Notes: generated by a model not told the origin, from the sequence alone. A stretch of 64,000 bases of DNA from Acidimicrobiia bacterium (GCA_024421085.1 JAHQYN010000004.1:8232-72231); one strand, 5' to 3'; shown: positions 53,555 to 63,814, numbered from the stretch's first letter. Numbers and translations are program-made.

Positions 53555-56100
53555 AGCCGCGTCAGGCGGCTGCGTATGCCGCCGAGGCTTCGCTTACCGC
53601 CACCACAGTCGTCGCCGCGTTCAGCATGCAGCGCCTCTTCGTCGACTCGGCGCCGCTGCGCGACCTGCTGTTGATGGGCGTCTGCTCGCACCTCGTGGCG
53701 ATCTCCTGTCGCCGCTGCGGGTTCAAGTTCGGCCCCTCAGCGGTGCTGAGCGGGATCATGCTGGTGCTGCTCAGCAGCGCCGTGTTCTATCCCGAGGACA
53801 GCTTGTTCGTGGTGCCGACGCTCGACACGGTCAGCGCCCTGCGCGCAGACCTGTCAGCGGCGGGCACCGTGTTCATCGAGGAGTCCGCTCCGGTCGAACC
53901 CTTGCGGGGTTTTGTGGCAGGCGCCGCGGCGCTGCTCTGGGTCGGGGCGTTCCTGGCCGACTCTGCGGCCTTCAGGCTGAGATCGTTCGTCGAGGCTGTC
54001 GCCTTCGTCACGGCGGTCTTGGCGCTCAGCGCGATCTTGGGTGCCGACCGGGATCGGCCGGCCATCGGTGTGGCGTTCACAGCCGCGTTGGCGGCCCTGG
54101 CGCTCTTTATGCGAACGCTCGACAGGGCCGACGATGATCTCTGGTCGACCGGCAGGGCCGGACCGGGAGTGTCGGCGACCCTGCGTTCCGGCGCGTTGTT
54201 CGGCTTGATCGTCGTGGTCGCCGGGGGGCTCGCGGCCCCGCGCCTGCCCGGCGCGGACTCCCAGCCGCTCCTCGACATCGCCGGACTCAACGATCCAACG
54301 TCGACTCGCAGCATCGCCAGTCCCCTGGTCAATGTCTCAGCCTCACTGGTCGAGCAGAGCGACGAGGAGATCTTCTCGGTGAGGGTCGCCCCCGAGGAGC
54401 GCGACTATTGGCGCCTGATGGCCCTGACCAGATTCGACGGCAACCAGTGGCAGCGCACCTCGAACTTCGATGGGGCTCGTGGTCAACTCCCGAGCACCAC
54501 CGACTCGTCGGTGCTCAACCGCAGGAGGCTGGTCCAGACCGTGACCAAGCGTTCCCGCGGCGAGGACGACATCTTCTTGCCGGCCGCCTACGAATTGAGC
54601 CGGGTGCTCGACGACGGAGGAGTCGACCTCGAATACGAGGTTGCCACCGGCGCGCTGGTATACCAACGCAACTCCCAAGAACTCGCCGAGCAGGGGTTCT
54701 CCTACACGATCGAGAGTCAGGTCCCCGACTACGAGCCGTTGGTGCTCGGGGCCGCAGCGGCGGCCGACTTGAGCGGCGAGTTCTTGGCGCAGCACACGCA
54801 GCTGCCGCCGGTCTGCGCTGCGGGCCAGTCGAGCGCGACCCGCGACTGCTGGCCGGCACGGATCACCGCTCTCGCCGAAAAGGTCACGGCGGGCGCTGCC
54901 AGCGACTACGAGCGGGCCAGGATGCTGCAGGACTTCCTGCGGAGTCCGGCGAACTTCAGCTACGACCTCGACGTCGCCCGGCGTCACGACATCGCCAGCG
55001 TCGAGGACTTCCTGTTCAACGTCCGCGCCGGTTATTGCGAGCAGTTCGCCTCGGTGTTCGCGGCGATGGCCCGGTCGCTGGGGATCCCCACCCGGGTGGC
55101 GGTCGGTTACACCTGGGGTTCATGGGATCCCCAACGCCAAGAGTACGTTGTGCGCGGACATCACGCCCATGCTTGGCCCGAGGTCTACTTCGCGCAGGTC
55201 GGTTGGGTCATCTTCGAGCCGACGCCGGGCCGCAGCAGGCCCCATGACTCAGACGTCTCCGGCCTCACCGACGCCCGGCAGTATCCCAGCAACGAGTCAC
55301 CGGCGCTGTCGGAGTCCTCTCCCGGCGTTGTCGGCGCTGGCGCGGCCGACAACGGCGCCGCGGTGCCTCCGGTCCCCCGTCCAAGCGCAACGGGCGTCGC
55401 TCCAGCAACAGCCCCGGCTTCGGACTCGAGCGAATCGTCGGTGCTGTTCTCGGTGTTGCGGCCGGCTCTCATCGCCGTCGCCGGCGTCGCTGCGGCCACC
55501 TTGGCGATCCCCGCAGTCAGAGCGTTCCGCAGACGAAGACGTCTGCTGCGCGCCGCCGGCGACCCGGTGCTGCGAGGCGAGATCGCCTGGGACGACGCGC
55601 TCGGCGCCCTCCGGCTGGTCGGATTCTCACCCAACGGTGCCCAGACGCCGTTGGAGGTCGCCCACGCGGCGGGACAGTTCGGAGACGGTCTCGGTCCGAT
55701 CGATGAACTGGCCGCCGCCCTCACCGCGCTGCGCTACTCAAACACATCGGTTGAAGGTTCAAGCGACCTGACCGGTCAAAGCGGACCCAGCACCACCGAG
55801 AAACCCAATGTTGCCAGCAAGCCCAGCACCGCCGACAAACCCAGTGCTGCCGACAAACCCAGTGCTGCCCGCAAACCCAGTGCTGCCGACAAACCCAGCA
55901 CCACCGGCAAACCCAGCACCACCGGCAAACCCAGCACCGCCCACAAACCCAGCACCGCCGGCAAGCCCAGCACCGCCCACGAGTTGGCGCTGCGTGCCAA
56001 GGAGGCATCCGCTCGCATCGTTGATCGCTGCCACACACTCGCAGGCCTGCGCCGGGTGACGCTGGCCGCGATTGATCCGCGGGACCCCGTCAAGAACTGA
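53551..56100 (+). CDS. Membrane transglutaminase-domain protein (TgpA-like) with a C-terminal KPS(T/A)A(D/G/H) hexapeptide repeat
   Basis: N-terminal polytopic region and transglutaminase core CEQFASVFAAMARSLGIPTRVAVGY..HAWPEVYF..FEPTP. Nine 18-bp repeats lie at about 55815-55980. Its GTG overlaps the DUF58 stop (GTGA). Confidence 0.85.
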   Translation: MKPRQAAAYAAEASLTATTVVAAFSMQRLFVDSAPLRDLLLMGVCSHLVAISCRRCGFKFGPSAVLSGIMLVLLSSAVFYPEDSLFVVPTLDTVSALRADLSAAGTVFIEESAPVEPLRGFVAGAAALLWVGAFLADSAAFRLRSFVEAVAFVTAVLALSAILGADRDRPAIGVAFTAALAALALFMRTLDRADDDLWSTGRAGPGVSATLRSGALFGLIVVVAGGLAAPRLPGADSQPLLDIAGLNDPTSTRSIASPLVNVSASLVEQSDEEIFSVRVAPEERDYWRLMALTRFDGNQWQRTSNFDGARGQLPSTTDSSVLNRRRLVQTVTKRSRGEDDIFLPAAYELSRVLDDGGVDLEYEVATGALVYQRNSQELAEQGFSYTIESQVPDYEPLVLGAAAAADLSGEFLAQHTQLPPVCAAGQSSATRDCWPARITALAEKVTAGAASDYERARMLQDFLRSPANFSYDLDVARRHDIASVEDFLFNVRAGYCEQFASVFAAMARSLGIPTRVAVGYTWGSWDPQRQEYVVRGHHAHAWPEVYFAQVGWVIFEPTPGRSRPHDSDVSGLTDARQYPSNESPALSESSPGVVGAGAADNGAAVPPVPRPSATGVAPATAPASDSSESSVLFSVLRPALIAVAGVAAATLAIPAVRAFRRRRRLLRAAGDPVLRGEIAWDDALGALRLVGFSPNGAQTPLEVAHAAGQFGDGLGPIDELAAALTALRYSNTSVEGSSDLTGQSGPSTTEKPNVASKPSTADKPSAADKPSAARKPSAADKPSTTGKPSTTGKPSTAHKPSTAGKPSTAHELALRAKEASARIVDRCHTLAGLRRVTLAAIDPRDPVKN

Positions 56101-56134
56101 GAACCCGCGGATCGAACTACGCGTTTCGCCGGTT

Positions 56135-56518
56135 CTAGAGGCGGTCGTCGGGGCGCTGGAACCGTTGCCGAAAACGCGCCCCCGCGCCTCCGACCGCGTC
56201 GCGCAGGGTCCCGCCGCGGTAGTGCTCGGTCATCTCCTGGAGACCTGCCCGCCCCAGCTTCCGAGCGTTGTTCTCGAACCACAGCACGCTCACCAGCATC
56301 ACTGCGAAACCAACGAATGCGAGCACGAAGTGGACCGACAGCAGCACGACCATCAGCACGGCACCCAACAGGAACGTCAGGGTAGCCCATTTGAGGTTTC
56401 TGAAGGCGTGCGTGTAGATGGTGGTCTGCGCGACCCCGCGCGCCAAGGCCGGGTCGCTCTCGTAGAGATGGTCCTCAATCTCGTTGAGGATGCGTCGCTC
56501 GTCTTCTGATAGCGGCAC
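56135..56518 (-). CDS. DUF3040 membrane protein
   Basis: PLSEDERRILNEIEDHLYESDP followed by two TM segments. The GTG at 56518 has GGAGGA 6 nt upstream. Confidence 0.8.
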   Translation of the reverse strand: MPLSEDERRILNEIEDHLYESDPALARGVAQTTIYTHAFRNLKWATLTFLLGAVLMVVLLSVHFVLAFVGFAVMLVSVLWFENNARKLGRAGLQEMTEHYRGGTLRDAVGGAGARFRQRFQRPDDRL

Positions 56519-56606
56519 GGATTTTCCTCCAGACCGGATGTCCGTTACTTGCAGTGTCGCACAGCTTGCGCGCCAAACCAACGCTTGCATCGGCGAACTG
56601 CGTCGC

Positions 56607-57347
56607 TCAGGGTCGTTTTCCCAACGAGCGGCGCAAGCACTCGAAGCGGTCCCGCGCTCCCCACCGAGTCACCAGCACCAGTGCTTCGACAACGATTCGA
56701 GGCGACATCTTCGACGTGCCTCGCACTCGGTCGACGAACTCTATGGGGAGTTCGCGAACGGTACCGCCCAGGCCCTGCATCCGGTAGGCCATTTCGATCT
56801 GGAAGCCGTATCCGTCGGCTCGGACCTCGCGAAAGTCGATCTTGGCGATCATTGCGGCCCGATAGGCGCGGTAGCCGCTCGTGGCGTCGGCAACATCCAG
56901 TCCGAGCGCAGCTGCCGCATAGCGGTTGCCCCATCTCGAGAGCAGCCTCCGGTGCCAGGACCAGTCGGGAATGGACCCGCCGGACACGTAGCGGCTGCCG
57001 ATGACCAGATCCGCTCCCTGATCGATCACATCGAGGAGTTGTGGGAGCACTCCCGGGTCGTGCGAAAGGTCGCTGTCCATCGCCACGAGAATGTCGAAAC
57101 CCTGTTCCAACCCCCTCTGGAACCCCTCGCGGTATGCAGACCCCAGACCCGCTTTGGCGCTGCGCCTCAGCAGTTCGATACCCCAGAGGTCATCAGCGAG
57201 GGAACTGACAACGTCGGCAGTACCGTCGGGGGAGGCGTCGTCGACAACCAGCACGTTGGCCTGCGGACAGGCCGAGCGCAAGCGGTCCAGCACCTCGGCG
57301 ATGTTCGTCGCCTCGTTGTATGTCGGAAGAACCACCAGTGCCCGCAC
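56607..57347 (-). CDS. ppm1: Polyprenol-phosphate mannosyltransferase (GT2)
   Basis: MRALVVLPTYNEATNI, VLVVDDASPDGT and VAMDSDLSHDP motifs. Confidence 0.8.
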   Translation of the reverse strand: MRALVVLPTYNEATNIAEVLDRLRSACPQANVLVVDDASPDGTADVVSSLADDLWGIELLRRSAKAGLGSAYREGFQRGLEQGFDILVAMDSDLSHDPGVLPQLLDVIDQGADLVIGSRYVSGGSIPDWSWHRRLLSRWGNRYAAAALGLDVADATSGYRAYRAAMIAKIDFREVRADGYGFQIEMAYRMQGLGGTVRELPIEFVDRVRGTSKMSPRIVVEALVLVTRWGARDRFECLRRSLGKRP

Positions 57348-57398
57348 TGCGGGAACTCTAGGCGGCAGCGACGGCGGCGCGTCGCTAGGATCGGTGCA

Positions 57399-57674
57399 AT
57401 GACCACGACGTCTGCTCCCAAGAGGATTGCGCGTGTGCTCGCTGTGCTCTCGATTCTGCTCGCCGGTGCCTGCGGCGGCCTAGTCGGTTATGCGGTCATG
57501 GATCTCCAATGCCACGACGGTTGTTCCACCGCAGCAGGTTTCGTGGGGCTTGCAAGTGCCGTCGGTTGCGCCGCGGGGGTCGCGGTCGTGGCGGTTCTCG
57601 CCCTGCGAGCGTCCACTGAATGGAACGAGCGAGAAGCACGGGAGCGAGCCCATCAGCAGCGGGGACTCACCTGA
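57399..57674 (+). CDS. Small two-TM hypothetical protein upstream of mtrA
   Basis: The ATG at 57399 gives IARVLAVLSILLAGACGGLVGYAV and a second hydrophobic helix. No family recognised. Confidence 0.4.
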   Translation: MTTTSAPKRIARVLAVLSILLAGACGGLVGYAVMDLQCHDGCSTAAGFVGLASAVGCAAGVAVVAVLALRASTEWNEREARERAHQQRGLT

Positions 57675-57702
57675 AGGCCGAGAGACCGGAGACTGCGCAA
57701 CT

Positions 57703-58383
57703 GTGACTACACGAATACTGACTGTCGAGGACGACGAGCGGATCCGCATGTCGGTGCGCCTCGCCTTGGAGGACGAGGGCTACGAGGTGGCCGAGGCCGA
57801 GTCGGGTGAGGACGCTCTGCTTGCCTTCGGTTCGGCGCCGGCCGATGTCGTGTTGATCGACATCATGCTCCCGGGCATGGACGGCTTCGAAGTCTGTCGG
57901 TCGATCCGCAAGGTGTCCGACGTTCCCATCGTGATGGTCACGGCTCGGGCCGACACCCATGATGTGGTCGCCGGACTCGAGGCAGGCGCCGACGACTATC
58001 TCACCAAGCCGCACGCACCCAAGGAGCTGTCGGCCCGGATCAGGGCGTTGCTGCGCCGCGTCCGCGCCTCGGACTCAGGCGCTCTCCAGTTCGTTTTCGG
58101 CGAGCTGGAGATAATCCCCGACGAGGGAGTGGTCCGAGTCGGTGTAGAAGAGGTGCATCTCACCAAGACGGAGTTTCGGCTCCTCGTGGAGTTGGCTTCA
58201 AACGTCGGGCGGGTGTTCAGCCGCGAGCTCCTGTTAGAGCGGGTCTGGGGTTACGGATATTTCGGCGACGGTCGCCTCGTTGACGTGCATATTCGCCGGC
58301 TTCGCACCAAGATTGAGCCCGATCCGGCCAACCCGCGCTATGTCGTGACCGTCCGCGGGCTGGGCTACAAGCTCGCTGCGTAG
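57703..58383 (+). CDS. mtrA: OmpR-family response regulator, MtrA-like
   Basis: RILTVEDDERI..VLIDIMLPGMDGFEVCRSIR..PIVMVTARADTHDVVAGLEAGADDYLTKP, plus a winged-helix C-terminus ending VRGLGYKL. Confidence 0.85.
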   Translation: MTTRILTVEDDERIRMSVRLALEDEGYEVAEAESGEDALLAFGSAPADVVLIDIMLPGMDGFEVCRSIRKVSDVPIVMVTARADTHDVVAGLEAGADDYLTKPHAPKELSARIRALLRRVRASDSGALQFVFGELEIIPDEGVVRVGVEEVHLTKTEFRLLVELASNVGRVFSRELLLERVWGYGYFGDGRLVDVHIRRLRTKIEPDPANPRYVVTVRGLGYKLAA

Positions 58384-58393
58384 ACTTGAGACC

Positions 58394-59800
58394 GTGTCAC
58401 GATGGGAACGACTTGGCCTGAGGGCCAGAATCACCCTCCTCTTTGCTTTGGGGGGCCTGCTGTTGGCCACCACGATCGGCCTGCTGACACTGACACTGAC
58501 ACGTCGAAGCCTCCTGGTTGAACGCGACGCTGCCGCCCTTGCCTCGTTCGCCGAGAACGGTCAGAGGTTCCAGCGTCAAGTCGGCGATGATCCGGCCGCG
58601 GAGGGCGTCGCGGCAATCCTGGAATCTTTGACGACCACCTCCGGCGCGCTGCCGCTGGTCCGATTCGGCGACGAGTGGGTGGGGCTCAACTCGCTGGTCT
58701 TCAGCGAGGAGACCGTGCCCGAGACCCTGCTGGCGCTCCTCTCGCAAGGAGTTGCGGGCCGCACGCGGATCACCTTGAACGGCGAGCCCGCCATTGTCAG
58801 CGGTGTCGAACTCCCGGGCCGCGATGCCGCATATTTCGAGGCGGTGCTCATCGGGGAGGTCGATGAGACCCTGAATTCGTTGGGGCTCATTCTGCTGGTT
58901 GTCGGCACGGTCACGACTCTGGTTGCAGCGGCATTGGGGCTGTGGGCCTCGCGTCGCGCCCTGACGCCGCTGGCTGACATTCGCGCTGCAGCCGAATCGC
59001 TGGCCGCGGGTGAACTCAAGACACGGCTCGATCCACCCGCTGATGCCGACCTTGCGTCGCTGTCGGCCTCATTCAACGGCATGGCCCAGTCCCTCGAAGA
59101 CCGAATCGACCGGGACGCGCGTTTCGCCTCCGAGGTGAGCCATGAGCTCCGTTCTCCGCTGATGACCTTCAGTGCCTCGGCGGAGGTTCTCAACAACGAC
59201 CGCCACCAGATGTCGCAACGCAGTCAGACGGCGCTGGCCCTGCTGACTGACGACATCGCCCGATTCACCCAACTGGTCGAGAACCTCCTGGAGATCAGCC
59301 GTTACGATGTCGGTACCGCGGCGCTCCAGGCCGAGCCGGTCTTCTTCGCGGAGTTCGTGCGGCATGCGATCAGCTATTCGTCCCGCCCCGACATCTCGCT
59401 GTCGGTGAGCGAGGAGGGTGAGTCGCTGGTGATCGTCGCTGACAAGCGCCGCTTGGCGCAGGTCATCGCCAACCTCATCGACAACGCCGACAAGTACGGC
59501 GGCGGCAACATTGAGGTCGAGATCTCCAGCGATTCCGACGTGGCGTTGTTGGCGGTCCAGGACCGTGGGCCGGGCGTGCCCGCAGCCGAGCGGCAGGTGA
59601 TCTTCGACCGCTTCAGCCGAGGCAGTTCGGGAGGGCGGCGCGGCCACGACACCGGCACGGGACTCGGCTTGTCTCTCGTCTCAGAACATGTGCGCCTCCA
59701 CAACGGAGAGGTTTGGGTGGAGGACCGGCTCGATCAGATGCCGGGCGCGCGGATGGTTGTGGCCCTGCCGATAAGGATTGATCTGGAAGAGGACCAGTGA
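58394..59800 (+). CDS. mtrB: Sensor histidine kinase, MtrB-like
   Basis: Two TM segments, a HAMP domain, H-box FASEVSHELRSPL, N-box NLIDNADKYG and G-box GTGLGLS. Confidence 0.8.
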   Translation: MSRWERLGLRARITLLFALGGLLLATTIGLLTLTLTRRSLLVERDAAALASFAENGQRFQRQVGDDPAAEGVAAILESLTTTSGALPLVRFGDEWVGLNSLVFSEETVPETLLALLSQGVAGRTRITLNGEPAIVSGVELPGRDAAYFEAVLIGEVDETLNSLGLILLVVGTVTTLVAAALGLWASRRALTPLADIRAAAESLAAGELKTRLDPPADADLASLSASFNGMAQSLEDRIDRDARFASEVSHELRSPLMTFSASAEVLNNDRHQMSQRSQTALALLTDDIARFTQLVENLLEISRYDVGTAALQAEPVFFAEFVRHAISYSSRPDISLSVSEEGESLVIVADKRRLAQVIANLIDNADKYGGGNIEVEISSDSDVALLAVQDRGPGVPAAERQVIFDRFSRGSSGGRRGHDTGTGLGLSLVSEHVRLHNGEVWVEDRLDQMPGARMVVALPIRIDLEEDQ

Positions 59801-60438
59801 GGTGGATCACCAACTCAGCGTTGGCTGTTCTGCTGGCGGTCACGGCCTGCGCAGTCCCCACTGACGGGCCGGCATCGGAGATCTCCTCTGACGACCTGCC
59901 CGAGAACCTTCGACCGGGCTACACCACGACCACGACCACCGCGCCGGTGGTCCCCACCGAGCCCGCCGTCTTCTATCTGATCGACCAGGTTGAATCGATC
60001 GTGGTTTCGGTCGTGCGAGAGATCCGGCCGATTACCACCAACGCGGGTCGCTTGCGACCGCTCTTTGACGAGTTCCGCACTGAGGAGGAGCGCAACATCG
60101 GCCTGGTGAACCAGTTGCTCGAGTTCGATTTGCTGAGCGCAACCCGCGACCGGGACCTGTTGACGATAAACATCACCCAGGACGACCCCGAAGCGGACGT
60201 GAGCCCGATTCTGCTTGAGGCCGTGGCCCAACTTGTCTGGACCGCGACGGAGCCCGACAACGTCAACCGGGTCCGAGTGTTGATCGATTCTCAGCGCCAG
60301 GCACTCCCGACCAGCGCCGAGACCACTGACGAGGACCAAACGGTTGACCGCAGCAACTACGCCTCGTTCAACCCCGAATCTCAAGCTCAAGGTGAGCCCG
60401 AGTCCACAGATGAAGATCCAGGTGACGTAGAGGGTTAG
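59797..60438 (+). CDS. Short lipoprotein in the lpqB position (GerMN-like domain)
   Basis: Lipobox LLAVTAC. It overlaps the mtrB stop. At 213 aa it is much shorter than LpqB as I recall it. Confidence 0.55.
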   Translation: MRWITNSALAVLLAVTACAVPTDGPASEISSDDLPENLRPGYTTTTTTAPVVPTEPAVFYLIDQVESIVVSVVREIRPITTNAGRLRPLFDEFRTEEERNIGLVNQLLEFDLLSATRDRDLLTINITQDDPEADVSPILLEAVAQLVWTATEPDNVNRVRVLIDSQRQALPTSAETTDEDQTVDRSNYASFNPESQAQGEPESTDEDPGDVEG

Positions 60439-60488
60439 GCCCCCGTTCGCGGTTCTGCTTCACTGAACGGTTCAACGACCGAACGGTC

Positions 60489-61517
60489 TCAGGGGAAGAA
60501 GGTGCGAGCCACTTCCAGCAGATCCGGGTCTGCGTATTTCAGCGTCGAGACACACTCGTCGAGACGCCTCCGCTCGACCTTGTTGTTGTTGAAAGCAACC
60601 ATCGTCCCGAAGTCGCCTTCGTGCGCCGCACGCATGGCGGCAACCCCGTACCAAGTGGAGAGCACTCTGTCCAGCGCCGAGGGGGTACCACCGCGCTGGA
60701 CATGTCCAAGCACGGTGACCCGCGTCTCGAAGCCAGTACGTTGTTCGATCTCCTCAGCCACGACGTTGCAGATTCCACCGAGTCTGGCGTGGCCGTATTC
60801 GTCGATTGTCGGCTCAGCGACCGTAAGCGATCCAGGCACAGGAACCGCGCCCTCCGCAACTACCACTATCGAGGAGAAGCGCCCTCGCCGGTGCCTTCTC
60901 CTGAGCGACTCACATATCGCGCCGATATCGAACGGCACCTCTGGAACCAGCACTATCGTGGCGCCGCCGGCGATCCCGGCCCAGGTGGCAATGTGTCCCA
61001 CATGGCGGCCCATCACCTCAACGACAATCACCCGATCATGGGACTCCGCGGTGGTGTGGAGTCGGTCGATCGCATCAGTCGCAGTCTGCACCGCGGTGTC
61101 GAAACCGAAGGTCCGTTGCGTCCCGTTGATGTCGTTGTCGATGGTCTTGGGCACGCCGACCAAAGGCACGCCATCGGCGTAGATTCGAGAGGCGGCCGAG
61201 AGAGTTCCCTCTCCTCCGATGACGATCAGCGCATCAACGAAGTGTCGGGCCATGGTGGCTTTCACCCGTTCAACCCCGTCATCAAACATGTAGGGCTGGT
61301 AGCGACTCGTCCCCAAGACGGTACCTCCGCGGGTCAGAAGTCCTCGGCAAGCCTCGACGTCGAGTGGCATCGCGCGATCTTCGAGCAGGCCGCTCCAACC
61401 GTCGAGGAACCCGACAACCACGTCGCCGTATTCCCGCTCGGCCTTGCGCACGACACCTCGGATTACCGCGTTCAAGCCAGGACAGTCGCCACCACCGGTA
61501 AGCACCCCAACTTTCAT
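60489..61517 (-). CDS. pfk: 6-phosphofructokinase (ATP- or PPi-dependent)
   Basis: MKVGVLTGGGDCPGLNAVIRG, IGGEGT, PKTIDNDI and MGRHVG motifs. The ATG at 61517 is used. Confidence 0.9.
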   Translation of the reverse strand: MKVGVLTGGGDCPGLNAVIRGVVRKAEREYGDVVVGFLDGWSGLLEDRAMPLDVEACRGLLTRGGTVLGTSRYQPYMFDDGVERVKATMARHFVDALIVIGGEGTLSAASRIYADGVPLVGVPKTIDNDINGTQRTFGFDTAVQTATDAIDRLHTTAESHDRVIVVEVMGRHVGHIATWAGIAGGATIVLVPEVPFDIGAICESLRRRHRRGRFSSIVVVAEGAVPVPGSLTVAEPTIDEYGHARLGGICNVVAEEIEQRTGFETRVTVLGHVQRGGTPSALDRVLSTWYGVAAMRAAHEGDFGTMVAFNNNKVERRRLDECVSTLKYADPDLLEVARTFFP

Positions 61518-61865
61518 TCCAGCGACGCTACCAACAGATACGCACGAACTGGACGTTCCAGAAAATCCCAAGAAAGTTCATACCCCCAGCAAAACCAACA
61601 AAAACAAGCAGGCGCGGAGCAAACGACGCTTTGGCGGCTGAGGCGCCGGGCGCCTATGACCGCATCGTGTGCAGACGGTCTCGACGCTGACCATGGAGTT
61701 GGTGACTTGCGTTCAGCGGAGTAACGGACCGGGGGCGGTTGCTGGTGCGGCGCGCCTACGCACTCGTTGCGCATCGTGACCAGTTCGACAGATCCGCCAC
61801 TACGAACTTCATCCCGCGACCGGCCCTGGTTCTGCTGGTCGGCCAATGGCACTCGAGTCGACAAA

Positions 61866-62477
61866 TCAGAGTAGTCGGTCAACGAGTTCCCAGACGGTGC
61901 TGCTCGGGTTCTCCGTGGGATTCGAGCCGTTTCCCATGTGGCGCTGTCGAAGCTGCTGTGCTCGTAGCTTCGCAGCGTCATAGCCGCCGAGTAACGCTTC
62001 GATGTTCCGTGGATCTAGACGCTTGGCGTCTAGCGCGCCGAGGACTCGTGCTCGACGTTGGGCGTTGCGACGATCAATGTGGGCGGTCTGATCCTCGTAG
62101 TGGAGGATGATCCAGAGTTCAAAGCACGGGTTAGAGAGCGCGACATCAATGCCGCTTTGTTGGGCTTCGTTGATCGCCTGTGTGAGGTTGACGTGTTGGT
62201 CGACATCGAACACGCACCAGATCTCGTCGAATTCGACACCGCGACCTTTGCGTCGTGGGGGCCGGTTGGCTTTCTGGTAGTCGCGGGCACGCTGAACAAG
62301 GCTGAGCGGCACCATGCCGGAGTCAGCTACGTCGATATGGACGCCGCGGTTTCGACGGGCCCACTGCGCGAGATAGCCGGGTTCGGTGACCGCTCCTTCG
62401 GTGAGCACTCGGATGATTCGGCGATGGTCTCGTTTCCCTACTGGTCGGCGGGGTCTGCCGTTTCTGGGTCGTTTCAT
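61866..62477 (-). CDS. RloB-like (AbiLii-family) protein
   Basis: IIRVLTEGAVTEPGYL, EIWCVFDVDQH and ALSNPCFELWIILHYE match the RloB pattern (EGxxTE / DxD / NPCFExW). Its ATG overlaps the upstream ATPase stop (ATGA). Confidence 0.75.
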   Translation of the reverse strand: MKRPRNGRPRRPVGKRDHRRIIRVLTEGAVTEPGYLAQWARRNRGVHIDVADSGMVPLSLVQRARDYQKANRPPRRKGRGVEFDEIWCVFDVDQHVNLTQAINEAQQSGIDVALSNPCFELWIILHYEDQTAHIDRRNAQRRARVLGALDAKRLDPRNIEALLGGYDAAKLRAQQLRQRHMGNGSNPTENPSSTVWELVDRLL

Positions 62478-63814
62478 TTGTCGACTAGGTCCAGTCCGGC
62501 TCGGATTTCGCCGTGGTCTAGGACCGGTACTGCACCGTAGCGTCCTTGCAGATAGCGCCGACCGAGTGCTTCGTCGCGGCGTGGTCGGAACTCGACGAGC
62601 GGGTAGACGGTGGTTGCGCCTTCTATGTCCTTTTCTGCGAACCAGATCTGGTCTCGACCGAGAACGCTCTGCTCGGAGTCTCCGAGCACGCTGGTGTCAT
62701 GCGCGTTGAAGATCAACTGGGCGCAGCGCGAGTTTCGCTTGGGGTCTTGGAACATCTCGACGAGGAGCGCTACCAGGTGGGGGTGAAGGCTGGCATCTAG
62801 TTCGTCGGCAAGAAGAACGCGGCCTTCAACGAGCGCGTCGAGGACGGGTCCGATCAGACCGACCCAGACCATGGTGCCGAGGGACTCGAACTCAGCGTCA
62901 AGCTCGACATCGCCGACCGCTGCGCTATGCTTGAGGCGAACTGAGTCCTCGAACACGACCTTGATCTCATGATCGGAGTCCTCCGGATTGCCTTCCTCGC
63001 CCCGCAGCACCCGCAGGGCGAGTTGAAGCTGTTCAGCTACTCTTGGGTCGACAATCGCCCGCTCGATATCGCACACACCGAGGTCTGCGGCGCGCACCAG
63101 CGCCATGACCCGCTCCTTGGTGTCCGGTTCTTTGACCATCTCCGCGGTACGCACGACGCGCGCACCCCTGTTGTTGGCCTGTGCGAGGAGGAGGTTGTGG
63201 TGGAACCACTCAAAGAGCGGACCGAGTCGTTCATCATCTGCGGCACCCACGACCGACAAGAACAGCGCGTTGTCTCGCATCAGTTGACCGAGTGCACGCC
63301 CTGAGGACCGGAACGGGGGCCCAAACGAGATACTGTCTAGGGTCCGGTCGAACACCATAGCCTGTCGGCCATGGGGGTAATGGTAGGCGTACTCACCGAG
63401 GATTCGATCGTCGTTGACCTCAAAACCGTACTGCCAGTGCACCCCATGCAAGATGAGTTCGACTTCGTACCTGGTCGGCAGGGACCTGTAGGCGTCGTCG
63501 AGCAGGAACCGTCGACGGTAGACCCCACTGGATCGGGTCCCGCTGCGGAACGAACCGATAACGACGGCTCGCATGTCCGCGAGCGCCAGCAGGAGCGTTG
63601 ACTTGCCCGAAGCATTCGCACCAAAGACCCCGGCGGTGGGTAGCACACCGATGGGGGTCCTCGAGGCGCGGGTGCTGAGTTCTCTACGGACTTGCTGCCG
63701 GGCAAAACGCGTCGCGAGCAACGAGAAGTTCACCTCGTCGCGGTAGGAACGAACGTTGCTGGCAGTGAACGACAGCAGGGCGCTTGGGGGAGGCATTGCC
63801 TCTTCAAGACTCAT
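62474..63814 (-). CDS. AAA_21/ABC-like ATPase (RloA / AbiLi-like), partner of RloB
   Basis: N-terminal LLSFTASNVRSYRDEVNFSL, Walker A GANASGKST and Walker B-like LLADELDASLHPHL. The ATG at 63814 is preceded by AAGGA. Confidence 0.75.
   Translation of the reverse strand: MSLEEAMPPPSALLSFTASNVRSYRDEVNFSLLATRFARQQVRRELSTRASRTPIGVLPTAGVFGANASGKSTLLLALADMRAVVIGSFRSGTRSSGVYRRRFLLDDAYRSLPTRYEVELILHGVHWQYGFEVNDDRILGEYAYHYPHGRQAMVFDRTLDSISFGPPFRSSGRALGQLMRDNALFLSVVGAADDERLGPLFEWFHHNLLLAQANNRGARVVRTAEMVKEPDTKERVMALVRAADLGVCDIERAIVDPRVAEQLQLALRVLRGEEGNPEDSDHEIKVVFEDSVRLKHSAAVGDVELDAEFESLGTMVWVGLIGPVLDALVEGRVLLADELDASLHPHLVALLVEMFQDPKRNSRCAQLIFNAHDTSVLGDSEQSVLGRDQIWFAEKDIEGATTVYPLVEFRPRRDEALGRRYLQGRYGAVPVLDHGEIRAGLDLVDK

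Noticed and set aside
61634-61650. Perfect palindrome aggcgccgggcgcct as a possible terminator downstream of the RloB gene / upstream of pfk
   Set aside because: The loop would be 1 nt and there is no U-tract. At best it is a protein-binding palindrome, and there is not enough support to call a feature.
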